Shown: piece after piece, positions 9,316 through 18,550 of the stretch
Layout of the letters: each line of letters opens with the position of its first letter
Position numbering within the stretch: position 1 is the first letter of the stretch
Source of the DNA: Bacilli bacterium
Lineage (GTDB): Bacteria > Bacillota_I > Bacilli_A > RF39 > UBA660
NCBI GenBank assembly: GCA_017964405.1
Contig: JAGCSA010000034.1
Location: 1 to 61,929, forward strand
Reading direction: 5' to 3'
DNA length: 61,929 nucleotides
The notes under the pieces: generated by a model
Seen by the model: the letters and a program-made list of their open reading frames with translations, nothing else
What the model was told of the DNA's origin: nothing
Database searches by the model: none
Position numbers and translations under genes: made by a program

Positions 9316-11076
9316 TTAGTTGACAGGATATTCCCCTATCGTTTTCACCTTGGCATCGTTCTTCTCTAATTCTAGTTCCTGTTGTTGTTTGATTTTCTTC
9401 ATTTCATATTCTTTTTCTTCTAATTCACTTTTTATCTTTTTCAAATTGGCAATCAAAGAATCACATTCCGGTACTTTTCCCAAATAGTCTTTATAACGAT
9501 CTTGAATTTCGAAAATCATCTTATCGACTTGATCACTGGTTTTTCCCAGTAACCGGATGGCATCATCAATTGCTGTAATACTATCTTGAATCTCATTATG
9601 ATAATTGGTAACAGTAATCACCTTATAACGAGTCGTACGAGTATTCGGACGAATCACATTGTTCATAAAATATAAATAGGTGGCAGCAGAAGCAGCCAAT
9701 CCCTTCGCAAAACGAGGACCTGGTAAAAACATTTGAAACATCATCAAATTTAATAATCTTCTACTCTGTCTGTCTAATCCAACGACTTCTTCATGAACTC
9801 TCTCCGTAACAGTAGTTGCATTTCTAACTCGTTCCTGAATTTCTCTTAATTGACGACTCTGATCATATTGAAATTCTAATAATTGATTATTGAGTTGATC
9901 TAAAGAATAATAACGACTCTTCAATCGATCAAACTCTTCTTCACGATCTTCAAACTTCTCTTTCTTATCTTCTACAACCTTAGAAAATTTTCCTCTCTTC
10001 TGATCTAATTCCTCTAACTTTTCTTCTAATAATACATAAAGAGGAGAATCTTTAATTTCATCGACTAATTTCTTATCATGAAATTCTTCCAAATATCCTT
10101 GAATTAAATAATAGATGTAGTTGTCATCATATTGATCTAAATTATCAATCCGAATCTTTCTCTTTAATTCTTCAATTTTATCAATAATTTCAGATAATCG
10201 ATCTAAAATAATTTCGGCATCTTTACTTAAGACAACTTCTTCATTATCTTCTACTAAGACATTGTATTCATAAATGACTTTTCTCAGTTCAAATCGAATA
10301 TCTTTTAATTGTTTTTCATATTCTTCTACAATCTTTCTAGATTTTAACTGATCTAATTTCTCTTTCACTTCCGGAGAAAGATTAGGGAAATCCATCGTTG
10401 CAATCTCATGATCAATAAAAGATTCAATATCCACTTCCTCAGAACCCAAATCCACTTTAGGTTTCGGAGTTGTTTTTGGCTGAATCGTAGGAATTACATC
10501 TTCTAATATAGAAGGACTGGTTGCGGGAACACTTTCCTGCTTCTTAGGAGGATTGGTTGCTTTAGGAGCAACCGCTTCTTCTTTGTAGACAGGAAAAACA
10601 ACAGGAGTGGTTTCACTCTTTGGAATATCCCCCATTTCATTCGATACAGATGGTTGCTCAATAACCAAATCTTCTTCTTTTACTTCTACCGGAATTGTAA
10701 TATAAACAACCACTTTTTCTCCTGTAGGAGTCGTAATCACTTTTCTTCTTCTTTGTTTTTCTGCAAACTCTTCTGGTGTCAAATGCGTAATATCTTGATC
10801 ATATTCTTTAATTCTCCACTGAGAATTTTCTTCTTCAATCGTATCTCTCTTTTTACCAGTTGCAACATCATAGAGAGTTTGAATGGTTCCTCCTCCAACG
10901 ACAATAGGAAGAGTCTTAATCAAGGTATAAATTTGTTGTTTCCGAACCTTTTTCTCTAGTTCTCGAATTTCTCGTTCTTCTTCATATTCTTGTAGTTTTT
11001 TTGCTTGATTCTTTGTAATCACAAGAACTCGTTTTCGATCCCTAGAACCTCCTTTTTCCCCTATTGCTTCATTCAT
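9316..11076 (-). CDS. coiled-coil protein of unknown function with Pro-rich linker
   Basis: Start at MNEAIG after GGTGGTGA. Glu/Lys-rich heptad-like sequence, central PKxxP-rich linker, and a hydrophobic patch LLNLMMFQMFLPGPRFAKGLAASAATYLYF near the C-terminus. No family recognised. Confidence 0.6.
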   Translation of the reverse strand: MNEAIGEKGGSRDRKRVLVITKNQAKKLQEYEEEREIRELEKKVRKQQIYTLIKTLPIVVGGGTIQTLYDVATGKKRDTIEEENSQWRIKEYDQDITHLTPEEFAEKQRRRKVITTPTGEKVVVYITIPVEVKEEDLVIEQPSVSNEMGDIPKSETTPVVFPVYKEEAVAPKATNPPKKQESVPATSPSILEDVIPTIQPKTTPKPKVDLGSEEVDIESFIDHEIATMDFPNLSPEVKEKLDQLKSRKIVEEYEKQLKDIRFELRKVIYEYNVLVEDNEEVVLSKDAEIILDRLSEIIDKIEELKRKIRIDNLDQYDDNYIYYLIQGYLEEFHDKKLVDEIKDSPLYVLLEEKLEELDQKRGKFSKVVEDKKEKFEDREEEFDRLKSRYYSLDQLNNQLLEFQYDQSRQLREIQERVRNATTVTERVHEEVVGLDRQSRRLLNLMMFQMFLPGPRFAKGLAASAATYLYFMNNVIRPNTRTTRYKVITVTNYHNEIQDSITAIDDAIRLLGKTSDQVDKMIFEIQDRYKDYLGKVPECDSLIANLKKIKSELEEKEYEMKKIKQQQELELEKNDAKVKTIGEYPVN

Positions 11077-11147
11077 TGGTATCACCACCTTTAGTTTATC
11101 ATAAAAAAAGAAAAAACAACGTTTTTTCTTCTGAAAAAAGTTTCACT

Positions 11148-12041
11148 TTACTTAGAAGAAAATAAAGATAAAACTGCTTTTTTATAAATATTTTTAGCGA
11201 TTTCTTCTCCCTTTTCAAAATAAGGAACAATGTTTGTTACGACCCCACTATTAATCTCAATAATAGAGAAAGAATGATCTTCTAATTCTACAATATCAAC
11301 ACTCACAAAGTTTAAATGTAACTTTTCAGTTGCTTGTAGAGCTAATTCTTTTAATTGCTCCATTAATTTCTCATCTTCTATTAAATAAGGAATAGATCCT
11401 TTCGATAGATTATGTTGCCATCCATAAGAATAGACTTCTCCTTTTTCTAATACCCTATGAAGAGAAGAATCTTCTACTTTGATAAAGTATGGTTCATTAA
11501 ATTCTCTTAATAATTCAATAATAGAATGAACTCCATCTCCCACAACAACAGGTCTCTTCTTCCCAAAAATAAGTTCTACTTCTTGGTTTAATACAATGAC
11601 ACGGTATTCATGTAAGATAGAATAAAAAGGAGACATACTGATGGAATGATGTTTTTGAAATAAGAGATCCATCTTAGAAAATAAATCTTCTTCGTTGGTA
11701 ACAGGAAACATATCATCTCCATAGCTTCCACTATTTGCCTTCACAACCACATTTTCTTGATAAGAGTGGAAGGAGGACAATACTTCTTCCCTGGAATCAT
11801 TTGGATAAAAGATATGATGTTCTAAAACAGGAAGATGATGATATTTTAAAGCTTCATAACAAGCATATTTATCATTACAGATTTTAGCAGATACATAATT
11901 ATTACAATCAAAATGAGATCCAGCAATATAATGAATCTCTTCTCCTTTTTCTAATACTAAAATCCAGTCTTTCGAAATTGCATGACAAGAAATACCCTCT
12001 TCTTCACAAATCTCTTGGATTAATAACTGAATGGAATTCAT
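11148..12041 (-). CDS. ATP-grasp family ligase (GshF C-terminal / cyanophycin-synthetase-like subtype)
   Basis: Start at MNSIQLL, 5 nt after GGAGGG. Motifs VVVKANSGSYGDDMF, HEYRVIVLN, RPVVVGDGVHSIIELL and SVDIVE...IIEINSG follow the pattern seen in the GshF ATP-grasp half at 23200-23800. Flanked by its own terminators. Confidence 0.6.
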   Translation of the reverse strand: MNSIQLLIQEICEEEGISCHAISKDWILVLEKGEEIHYIAGSHFDCNNYVSAKICNDKYACYEALKYHHLPVLEHHIFYPNDSREEVLSSFHSYQENVVVKANSGSYGDDMFPVTNEEDLFSKMDLLFQKHHSISMSPFYSILHEYRVIVLNQEVELIFGKKRPVVVGDGVHSIIELLREFNEPYFIKVEDSSLHRVLEKGEVYSYGWQHNLSKGSIPYLIEDEKLMEQLKELALQATEKLHLNFVSVDIVELEDHSFSIIEINSGVVTNIVPYFEKGEEIAKNIYKKAVLSLFSSK

Positions 12042-12079
12042 AGAATCCCTCCCTGTAGAAAGATTATAAATGATTTTCA

Positions 12080-12110
12080 CAAAAAAAAATAGACTGAAAA
12101 TCAGTCTATT
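12080..12110 (-). terminator. rho-independent terminator after the HerA-like gene
   Basis: 10-bp stem AATAGACTGA (12088-12097) / TCAGTCTATT (12101-12110), followed on the minus strand by a T-run (12080-12089). Confidence 0.7.
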
Positions 12111-13659
12111 TAAAGAATTGTTTCATTAAGGTGTTTAGTCCTTTATTAATTAATTTATCAGCAGCTTTATTAGCAACTTTTTTACCTAATTTGTATTCAA
12201 TCGAATTCTTCTTAGCTTTTTCTGCTTCTTTTTTCTTTTTCTCTGCTTCTTTCTCAGCTGCTAACTTTTCTTTTTCTGCTTGTTTAGCAGCTTTTTCTGC
12301 TTCTTTCGCTGCTTTCTCTGCAGCTTTTGCTTCTTCTTGAGCTCTCTTTTCTGCTTCAATTGCCTCATATTTCTCTTTGATCATTTGATCTAACTCTTCA
12401 TAAGCAGAATCTCTTTCTTGGGCTTCTTCATATTTACCAAGAATCATAGAAGAATTAATAATCTTATTACGAGAAATATCATCTAAAACTCCCATCATAC
12501 TTTGAGGAGGTAAGATCGTAGCTTTATCAACAACAGCAGGTTCTCCATTTTCTGTTTGGAAAGAAACCAAAGCTTCTCCGGTTCCTAAAGCAAGAATTGC
12601 TTCTGTTGTATTAAATTCTGGGTTGGCTCTGAAAGAGTCAGCAGCAACTTTGACCGTTCTTTGTTCAGCAGGAGTATAAGCTCTTAGAGTATGTTGTACT
12701 CTATTTCCAAGTTGAGCAATAATCTCATCAGGAACATCCGTAGGACTTTGAGAAATAAAGTATAGACCAATTCCACGAGAACGAATTAATTTCACAACTT
12801 GTGTAATTTGTTTTAAACGATAATTTGGCATTCCATTAAATAATAGATGGGCTTCATCAAAGAAGAATACAATCTTTGGTTTATCTAAATCTCCTACTTC
12901 AGGCATCGTATTAAATAAATTGGTTAATAACCATAATAAGAAAGATGCATATAGATCAGGAGATTGGAATAATTTAACCGCATGTAAAATATTAATCATT
13001 CCTTTTCCTTCAGAATCAACCGCAATAAAATCATGAATATCTAATTCTGGTTGTCCAAAGAACATATTCGCACCTTGATTCTCAAGCGTTAATAAACATC
13101 TTTGAATAACTCCTACACTTTGGGTCGTAATATTACCATATTTCGTAATAAAGTCATTCTTGTTATCTCCTACATATTGTAGTAAAAGTCTTAAGTCTTT
13201 GACATCATCTAATTTCCAACCATTATCTTCTGCAATCTTAAAGACAATCGCAAGAACTCCCTCTTGTGCTTCTGAAAGACCAAGCATCATCGATAAGATT
13301 TCTGGTCCAACAGAATCGATTGTTGTACGAATGGGATGACCATATTCTCCAAAAATATCCCAGAAACGAACAGGGAATCCTTTGTACTCAAAATTTTCAA
13401 TTTTTAATTTGGCAAGTCTGTTATCCAAGTTTTCATTTGGAGTACCAGGAGCAGCTGTACCACCTAAATCCCCTTTTACATCTGCTAAGAAGACAGGAAC
13501 ACCTGCATCTGCAAATCCTTCTGCCATGACTTTTACAGTTGTCGTTTTTCCAGAACCACTGGCTCCCGTAATAATACCATGACGATTTGCCATCTTAGGA
13601 AGAATAGCAAATTCTTCATCTCCCTTTTTACCAATTACAATTTTTTGATTGATATACAT
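12106..13659 (-). CDS. HerA-like ATPase, DUF853 (YjgR) family
   Basis: RBS AGGAGG. Walker A GASGSGKTT and Walker B-like IVFFFDEAHLLF. Overall pattern resembles E. coli YjgR-type DUF853 proteins. C-terminal Ala/Glu/Lys-rich tail. Confidence 0.8.
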   Translation of the reverse strand: MYINQKIVIGKKGDEEFAILPKMANRHGIITGASGSGKTTTVKVMAEGFADAGVPVFLADVKGDLGGTAAPGTPNENLDNRLAKLKIENFEYKGFPVRFWDIFGEYGHPIRTTIDSVGPEILSMMLGLSEAQEGVLAIVFKIAEDNGWKLDDVKDLRLLLQYVGDNKNDFITKYGNITTQSVGVIQRCLLTLENQGANMFFGQPELDIHDFIAVDSEGKGMINILHAVKLFQSPDLYASFLLWLLTNLFNTMPEVGDLDKPKIVFFFDEAHLLFNGMPNYRLKQITQVVKLIRSRGIGLYFISQSPTDVPDEIIAQLGNRVQHTLRAYTPAEQRTVKVAADSFRANPEFNTTEAILALGTGEALVSFQTENGEPAVVDKATILPPQSMMGVLDDISRNKIINSSMILGKYEEAQERDSAYEELDQMIKEKYEAIEAEKRAQEEAKAAEKAAKEAEKAAKQAEKEKLAAEKEAEKKKKEAEKAKKNSIEYKLGKKVANKAADKLINKGLNTLMKQFFK

Positions 13660-13674
13660 AATAACCTCCTATTA

Positions 13675-15078
13675 TTATTTTTCTCCATCTAAAATATCAT
13701 CATTTCGATCGTTAATATAACGATTTTTTAATTGTTTTTTATGTTGTACTAATTGATCCACTTTTCGTAAGTTTGTAATTTCATGTTTAGTTTCTTTTTC
13801 ATACGTATGCCGAGCAGATTTATTTCTGTATTTCGCATACATCGCACCATAATAGATAAATCCACCTAAGAATAACAACAAGAATAGGATGGGTGCATCC
13901 TCATCATCTTCTGAATAAGTTGCAAAAAATAATATTAACCCTAAAATACCACAAAGTATTTCAATAATGCCCGATACGAGTAACAATAATGGTGTATTAA
14001 TCGGAACACTTCCCATGGTCTCTCCGGTTCTTGCATTGACAGCAACATAATGAAGAACTTTTTTATCTCCTTTATCCTCTTGATAACTATAAAGCCATAC
14101 CGGAAGATAAGCAGCTAACCACTGCGTACCCATCACATTAAAATACTGACTATCCCAATGAACTCCTCGATCATAGAACTTCATATCCTCATGCATCGAA
14201 AACTTCGCAACATCTTTTAATTGACGTCTCACTTTATCATTCAAATCATCGACATTGACATCTCTTCTCTCCGAAGTATAACCAACCAAATAATTGGAAT
14301 GATATTCAATACAGTTCTCCGTATCAAAAGGCATAACGGCATTGATAATATTATTGGTTTGTTCATTACTCGTTTTATCGAGTCTCATCGAATTAGATTC
14401 AATCTCTAATCCATTAACAGTAATGTCAAATTCTCTCTCTACATGATAAGAATCGGCATCATAATACGTAGTGGAATTCTTTTCATCCCCCATTGTATAA
14501 CGACGAACCAAATGTTCTGCTTCTCCTTGAAAGTTCGCATGACAATTCGCATCGACCAACATATAAGGAAAATAAACACCCATAATATTATCAGTCGTAA
14601 ATTCCTTCTTAAAAGTTGGATGGGCATAGAATTGTCTAGCTCCTACAAACTTCTTAATCGAAGATTGAGCATCTTCCTTTTTTACTTGAAAAGGCAGAAT
14701 GACATCCGGAATAGCACCATTCTCTAATTGAGAATTAATGGATAAATAACTACGGCACCAGTGACATCTTGCATGAGGAGCATTTGCCGTATCAATGACA
14801 ACTTCTGCTCCACAACCACCACATTTTAAGGTGATAACGTCATTTGCATCTTTCTTGATATCTTTTGCTCCCGATCCTTTTACCCTACCATGAAGCTCTT
14901 TGATATCTTCTACCATTCCCTCTAATTTCTTACCATCAAACTCAGAAGAACAATAATTACATCTCAATTTCCCTGATTTCGAACTAGGAACAATTTCACT
15001 TGCTCCACAATAAGGGCATTTTAATTGACCATCTTTTGCATGTTTTTTGGTATCAACAACGACCTCTTTTTCTTTCAT
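13675..15078 (-). CDS. zinc-ribbon membrane protein of unknown function
   Basis: RBS AGGAG and extended -10 TGTTATAAT upstream. Two CxxC...CxxC pairs (CPYCG...CNYC; CGGCG...CHWC), a roughly 250-aa middle domain, and two C-terminal TM helices (LLLLVSGIIEILCGILGLILFF; ILFLLLFLGGFIYYGAMY). Stop lies 15 nt before the HerA-like start. Confidence 0.65.
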   Translation of the reverse strand: MKEKEVVVDTKKHAKDGQLKCPYCGASEIVPSSKSGKLRCNYCSSEFDGKKLEGMVEDIKELHGRVKGSGAKDIKKDANDVITLKCGGCGAEVVIDTANAPHARCHWCRSYLSINSQLENGAIPDVILPFQVKKEDAQSSIKKFVGARQFYAHPTFKKEFTTDNIMGVYFPYMLVDANCHANFQGEAEHLVRRYTMGDEKNSTTYYDADSYHVEREFDITVNGLEIESNSMRLDKTSNEQTNNIINAVMPFDTENCIEYHSNYLVGYTSERRDVNVDDLNDKVRRQLKDVAKFSMHEDMKFYDRGVHWDSQYFNVMGTQWLAAYLPVWLYSYQEDKGDKKVLHYVAVNARTGETMGSVPINTPLLLLVSGIIEILCGILGLILFFATYSEDDEDAPILFLLLFLGGFIYYGAMYAKYRNKSARHTYEKETKHEITNLRKVDQLVQHKKQLKNRYINDRNDDILDGEK

Positions 15079-15114
15079 AGATAACTCCTATACGAATTTA
15101 TTATAACAGATTTT

Positions 15115-15145
15115 AAAAAAGAAAAAAATGCAAAAAATTGCATTT
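15115..15145 (-). terminator. rho-independent terminator after 15145..15687
   Basis: Stem AAATGCAA (15126-15133) / TTGCATTT (15138-15145) with a minus-strand T-run. It separates this gene from the zinc-ribbon/HerA-like pair. Confidence 0.6.
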
Positions 15146-15687
15146 TATGAAAAAGCTAATATCGTTACTTTACTCTCATCCGTAGTAGCAGTAATCGGAC
15201 TTCCTACTTTCTTTAATTCATCTTGGTAATTATAAATCATAAATTGAACTTCTTCATCGACATCTCCCTGTTGTTGTACAAAGTATTTCGCATAAAAATT
15301 CTTTCCACTACCAAAGACTTCTACTTTTTTATTTTGAATCGTAACCGTTGGTACATTGGATATTTCTTCATTAAAAGAAAAACTAAGAGTAATCATATTC
15401 CCATAGACTGCAATATGATGACCATTAATATTATCACTCTCAATATGAACAGTAGATACCATAGGAGCTCGATTCATAATATACATATTGTAGACAGAAT
15501 AAGCAGCCACCCCAATTAATACAAGTGCAACAACAACAAATACGACTAAAATCGTTGCCTTCGTACGATGATTCTTCTTCTTTTCCTTTTTTTCTGCTTG
15601 AAAATCGTCTTCTACGATATCATCATTCGGATCGGGAAAGAATTCTTCATCATCAACTAATTCATCTTCAAAATATTTTCCTGCCAT
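15145..15687 (-). CDS. bitopic membrane protein, acidic N-terminus, beta-rich ectodomain
   Basis: 180-aa ORF with RBS AGGATG and TM helix ATILVVFVVVALVLIGVAAYSVY. No family recognised. Confidence 0.55.
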   Translation of the reverse strand: MAGKYFEDELVDDEEFFPDPNDDIVEDDFQAEKKEKKKNHRTKATILVVFVVVALVLIGVAAYSVYNMYIMNRAPMVSTVHIESDNINGHHIAVYGNMITLSFSFNEEISNVPTVTIQNKKVEVFGSGKNFYAKYFVQQQGDVDEEVQFMIYNYQDELKKVGSPITATTDESKVTILAFS

Positions 15688-15775
15688 CGTATCACATCCT
15701 AAAATGATTATAACACAAAATTCTTTCTTATTAAAAAAATTCTATGATATAATTTTATCAGAAAGGTAGGTTTTT

Positions 15776-16963
15776 ATGAGAGACTTAGGAACGGTAGTAA
15801 GAGGAGTACGTACTCCCATTATTAAAGAAGGAGACGATTTAGCAACCATTGTAGTAGATTCTGTAGTAGGAGCTGCGAAAAATAATAATATTGAATTTAG
15901 AGATAGAGATGTTGTTGCCATTACAGAAGCAGTTGTAGGTATATCAGAAGGAAATTATGTTACTGTCAATACAGTATCAAAAGATATTAAGGAGAAATTT
16001 GAAAATCCAGAAGAGTTAGGAATTGTATTCCCGATTCTATCAAGAAATAGATTTTCATTAATTTTAAAAGCAATTGCGAGAAGTACAAAAAAACTATATG
16101 TACAATTATCTTTCCCATCTGATGAAGTAGGAAATGGAATATTAGATGAAGAAAAATTATATAGAAGTGACTTTACAAAAGACTCTATTATTTCAGAAGA
16201 AGAATATAGAGAGTATTTTGGAGATTGGATTCATCCTTTTACAGGAATCAATATGTTAGATTTCTATAAAGAATTAATAGAGGCAGAAGGATGTGAAGCA
16301 CACTTCTTATTATCCAATAATCCTGCTGATATTCTGAAATATACGAAAAACGTATTATCCTGTGATATTCATACGAGATATCATACCAAATATATCTTAG
16401 AAGAATATGGTGCCAAAGTATTCGGTCTATTTGATATTATGAAGGAACCAATTGGAAATAGTGGTTATAATGAAAAATATGGAATGTTAGGATCTAATAA
16501 ATCTACAGAAGAAAGATTAAAACTATTCCCAAGAACGGGACAAGCTTTAGTAGAAGAAGTTCAAAGAAGATTAAAAGAGATTACCGGAAAAACAGTAGAA
16601 GTCATGGTTTATGGTGATGGAGCATTTAAAGATCCTGTTGGATTAATCTGGGAACTAGCAGATCCAGTAGTATCTCCTGCTTATACATCTGGTCTAGAAG
16701 GAACTCCAAATGAAATTAAATTAAAATATGTATCCGATAATAAATATGCAGACTTAAGAGGAGATGCTTTAAAAGAAGCCATTAAACAAGAAATTCGAAA
16801 TAAAGAAAAAGACTTAAAAGGACAAATGATTACACAAGGAACAACTCCTAGAAGATTAACCGATTTAATTGGATCCTTATGTGACTTAACATCAGGCTCT
16901 GGAGATAAAGGAACTCCTGTTGTATGGATTCAAGGATATTTCGATAATTTAGCAGATGAATAA
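15776..16963 (+). CDS. CofE-like (F420-0:gamma-glutamyl ligase fold) protein
   Basis: N-terminus RTPIIKEGDDLATIV...RDVVAITEAVVGISEGN parallels the CofE N-terminus (LPLIKEGDDLAELI...VVCSTVISKAEGR, as I recall it). Later TGKTVEVMVYGDGAF parallels TGKRVGVIITDTNG. RBS GAAAGGTAGG. Confidence 0.6.
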   Translation: MRDLGTVVRGVRTPIIKEGDDLATIVVDSVVGAAKNNNIEFRDRDVVAITEAVVGISEGNYVTVNTVSKDIKEKFENPEELGIVFPILSRNRFSLILKAIARSTKKLYVQLSFPSDEVGNGILDEEKLYRSDFTKDSIISEEEYREYFGDWIHPFTGINMLDFYKELIEAEGCEAHFLLSNNPADILKYTKNVLSCDIHTRYHTKYILEEYGAKVFGLFDIMKEPIGNSGYNEKYGMLGSNKSTEERLKLFPRTGQALVEEVQRRLKEITGKTVEVMVYGDGAFKDPVGLIWELADPVVSPAYTSGLEGTPNEIKLKYVSDNKYADLRGDALKEAIKQEIRNKEKDLKGQMITQGTTPRRLTDLIGSLCDLTSGSGDKGTPVVWIQGYFDNLADE

Positions 16964-16988
16964 AAAAAACACCAAACGGTGTTTTTTT
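16962..16988. terminator. bidirectional rho-independent terminator
   Basis: Stem AAAAACACC (16965-16973) / GGTGTTTTT (16978-16986), loop AAAC, with A- and T-runs on both sides. Confidence 0.75.
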
Positions 16989-17187
16989 ATAAAGTTTTTG
17001 GAAATAATAGAATTCCATTCTCACGACTCATAATCGTTGTACGACGAGAATTAAGACTTAATCCTCGATTTTTAGGAACTTCATTCTTTTCCATTAGGAG
17101 ACACTTAGAGGGGGTTCTAGCAAAGTAGAGTTTCTTTGCAGAATAAAAGGTATATCTACTTGTCTCACGATTGCGAATAGCGGCCAT
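16987..17187 (-). CDS. possible small basic protein (66 aa), unverified
   Basis: ATG 9 nt after AGGAG, extended -10-like TGTAATAT upstream, and it ends at the 16962-16988 terminator. Arg/Lys-rich with no recognisable family. Could instead be a non-coding transcript. Confidence 0.3.
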   Translation of the reverse strand: MAAIRNRETSRYTFYSAKKLYFARTPSKCLLMEKNEVPKNRGLSLNSRRTTIMSRENGILLFPKTL

Positions 17188-17291
17188 ATATTCACACTCC
17201 TAAATTTCCATTTCTCTTAATACCATATTACAATAGAGTTTTGTTATAAATCAAACAGCAATTTTTAATAATTTTTATAAAATTTATTTAT

Positions 17292-17333
17292 AAATTAAAA
17301 AAGAAATAAGTCCCATTTATAAATGGGACTTAT
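17292..17333 (-). terminator. rho-independent terminator ending the lysR-rSAM-NADAR-CYTH-kinase operon
   Basis: Perfect 28-nt palindrome ATAAGTCCCATTTA/TAAATGGGACTTAT (17306-17333) overlapping the stop codon, followed on the minus strand by ATTTCTTTTTT. Confidence 0.7.
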
Positions 17334-17898
17334 CTGTTTTTATCTTTTGAAATGTTTCAGAACATACTTCTTCTAATGCTTTATTATTAGTAACATAAAT
17401 AGTACGTTTTGGATCTAATAATTGAGAAAACTCTCCTAAGAATTTTTCTCGATTCTCAAAATCATCTAAAACAACATCTAAACAATCTTTTCCTCTCTCC
17501 TGTAACCGTCTCTGTCTTGTTTCTTCATCTAATCGTACAAAGATAGTTAAATCTGGTACTAATAACTGATTTCCATAGAGATTATAATCTAAATCAACAT
17601 CAATTCCTCTAGCACGACTCGATACAACCGTATCAATTAAATAGCGAACTAGATAGACATTATGATTTTTGTAATCACAATGATTCTTAATATAATCGGA
17701 AATATAAATATCAGATGATAAATAATAAAGCATATGAGCAACCGGAGATTCATCATGAAGAGCTTCATCCATTCTCTTTCTATCAGCATACTCTGGAGAA
17801 GGAGTCTTCAATAAATAAGAACCTGGATCCATTTCGTGTAATTTCTTCGCAACAGAAGAAGTTCCACTGCCATCTAAACCAGTAACGACAATTAACAT
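17317..17898 (-). CDS. thymidylate-kinase-like P-loop nucleotide kinase
   Basis: N-terminus MLIVVTGLDGSGTSS is the Tmk/dNK-type P-loop. Size and the LVRY...DLTIFV layout fit the dTMP kinase-like fold. RBS AAGGTGAG sits directly after the preceding stop. Confidence 0.65.
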   Translation of the reverse strand: MLIVVTGLDGSGTSSVAKKLHEMDPGSYLLKTPSPEYADRKRMDEALHDESPVAHMLYYLSSDIYISDYIKNHCDYKNHNVYLVRYLIDTVVSSRARGIDVDLDYNLYGNQLLVPDLTIFVRLDEETRQRRLQERGKDCLDVVLDDFENREKFLGEFSQLLDPKRTIYVTNNKALEEVCSETFQKIKTDKSHL

Positions 17899-17907
17899 GT
17901 TCTCACC

Positions 17908-18495
17908 TTACATTCTATTTTTAATAATTTGATAGGCTTTTTTGACATCATAATCATCAGAAACCTGTAACTGATAATCTCTTAGTTCTTGAAGCATTCT
18001 CTTCTTTTCCTCTAAGATTTCTTCCTTGGAAACATTTGTATAATCATTAGGAGATTCCCATTCACAAAGAAGACCTAACTCTTCTACTTCTTGGAAACAT
18101 AATTCAACTGTTCCCTTTTGATAAACCGTAACGTCATAAGAAACATCTACAAGCTTCTGATATCCCAAAGCTTCTAATAATTGACGAGCTTTTTCAGTAT
18201 CCATGATTCCAAGATTAATCTTCTCTTCTGATAAAACCGTATCTCCATCATAAACTTTTTTCTTATACGTTAATTTTTTATATTCATCTTTTCCATCTAA
18301 ACATAAATAACGAATAATTAAAGAACGAGATAAAATATCGAGAATCGTATCTTCTCTAAGAGCTTCTTTCTCCATCGACATATATTGATCCTCTACTCTA
18401 CTTTTACGAATCACTTTAAAACCTTGATTCGTTAATACATGATCTACTTCTGATAAACTCTGTAAAACATTCGTCGTAATTTCAATTTGTTTCAT
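17908..18495 (-). CDS. CYTH-like (class IV adenylate cyclase / triphosphate tunnel fold) protein with degenerate ExExK
   Basis: TEKARQLLEALGYQKLVDVSYDVTVYQKGTVELCFQEVEELGLLCEWE parallels the CyaB-type C-terminal half (...LGY...V.GLG.F.E.E). The N-terminal signature reads QIEITT instead of ExExK. Confidence 0.5.
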   Translation of the reverse strand: MKQIEITTNVLQSLSEVDHVLTNQGFKVIRKSRVEDQYMSMEKEALREDTILDILSRSLIIRYLCLDGKDEYKKLTYKKKVYDGDTVLSEEKINLGIMDTEKARQLLEALGYQKLVDVSYDVTVYQKGTVELCFQEVEELGLLCEWESPNDYTNVSKEEILEEKKRMLQELRDYQLQVSDDYDVKKAYQIIKNRM

Positions 18496-18550
18496 TTTAT
18501 CCCCTTCCTTTCATGGATAGTATACAACTTCTTTTAAAAAAGTCCTATCA

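Noticed and set aside
12106-15078. HerA-like ATPase pair as a known anti-phage defence system (for example Sir2-HerA or DUF4297-HerA)
   Set aside because: The ATPase looks like the DUF853/YjgR type rather than the defence-associated HerA. The partner has no Sir2, nuclease or DUF4297-like features that I can see. It is kept only as an uncharacterised pair.
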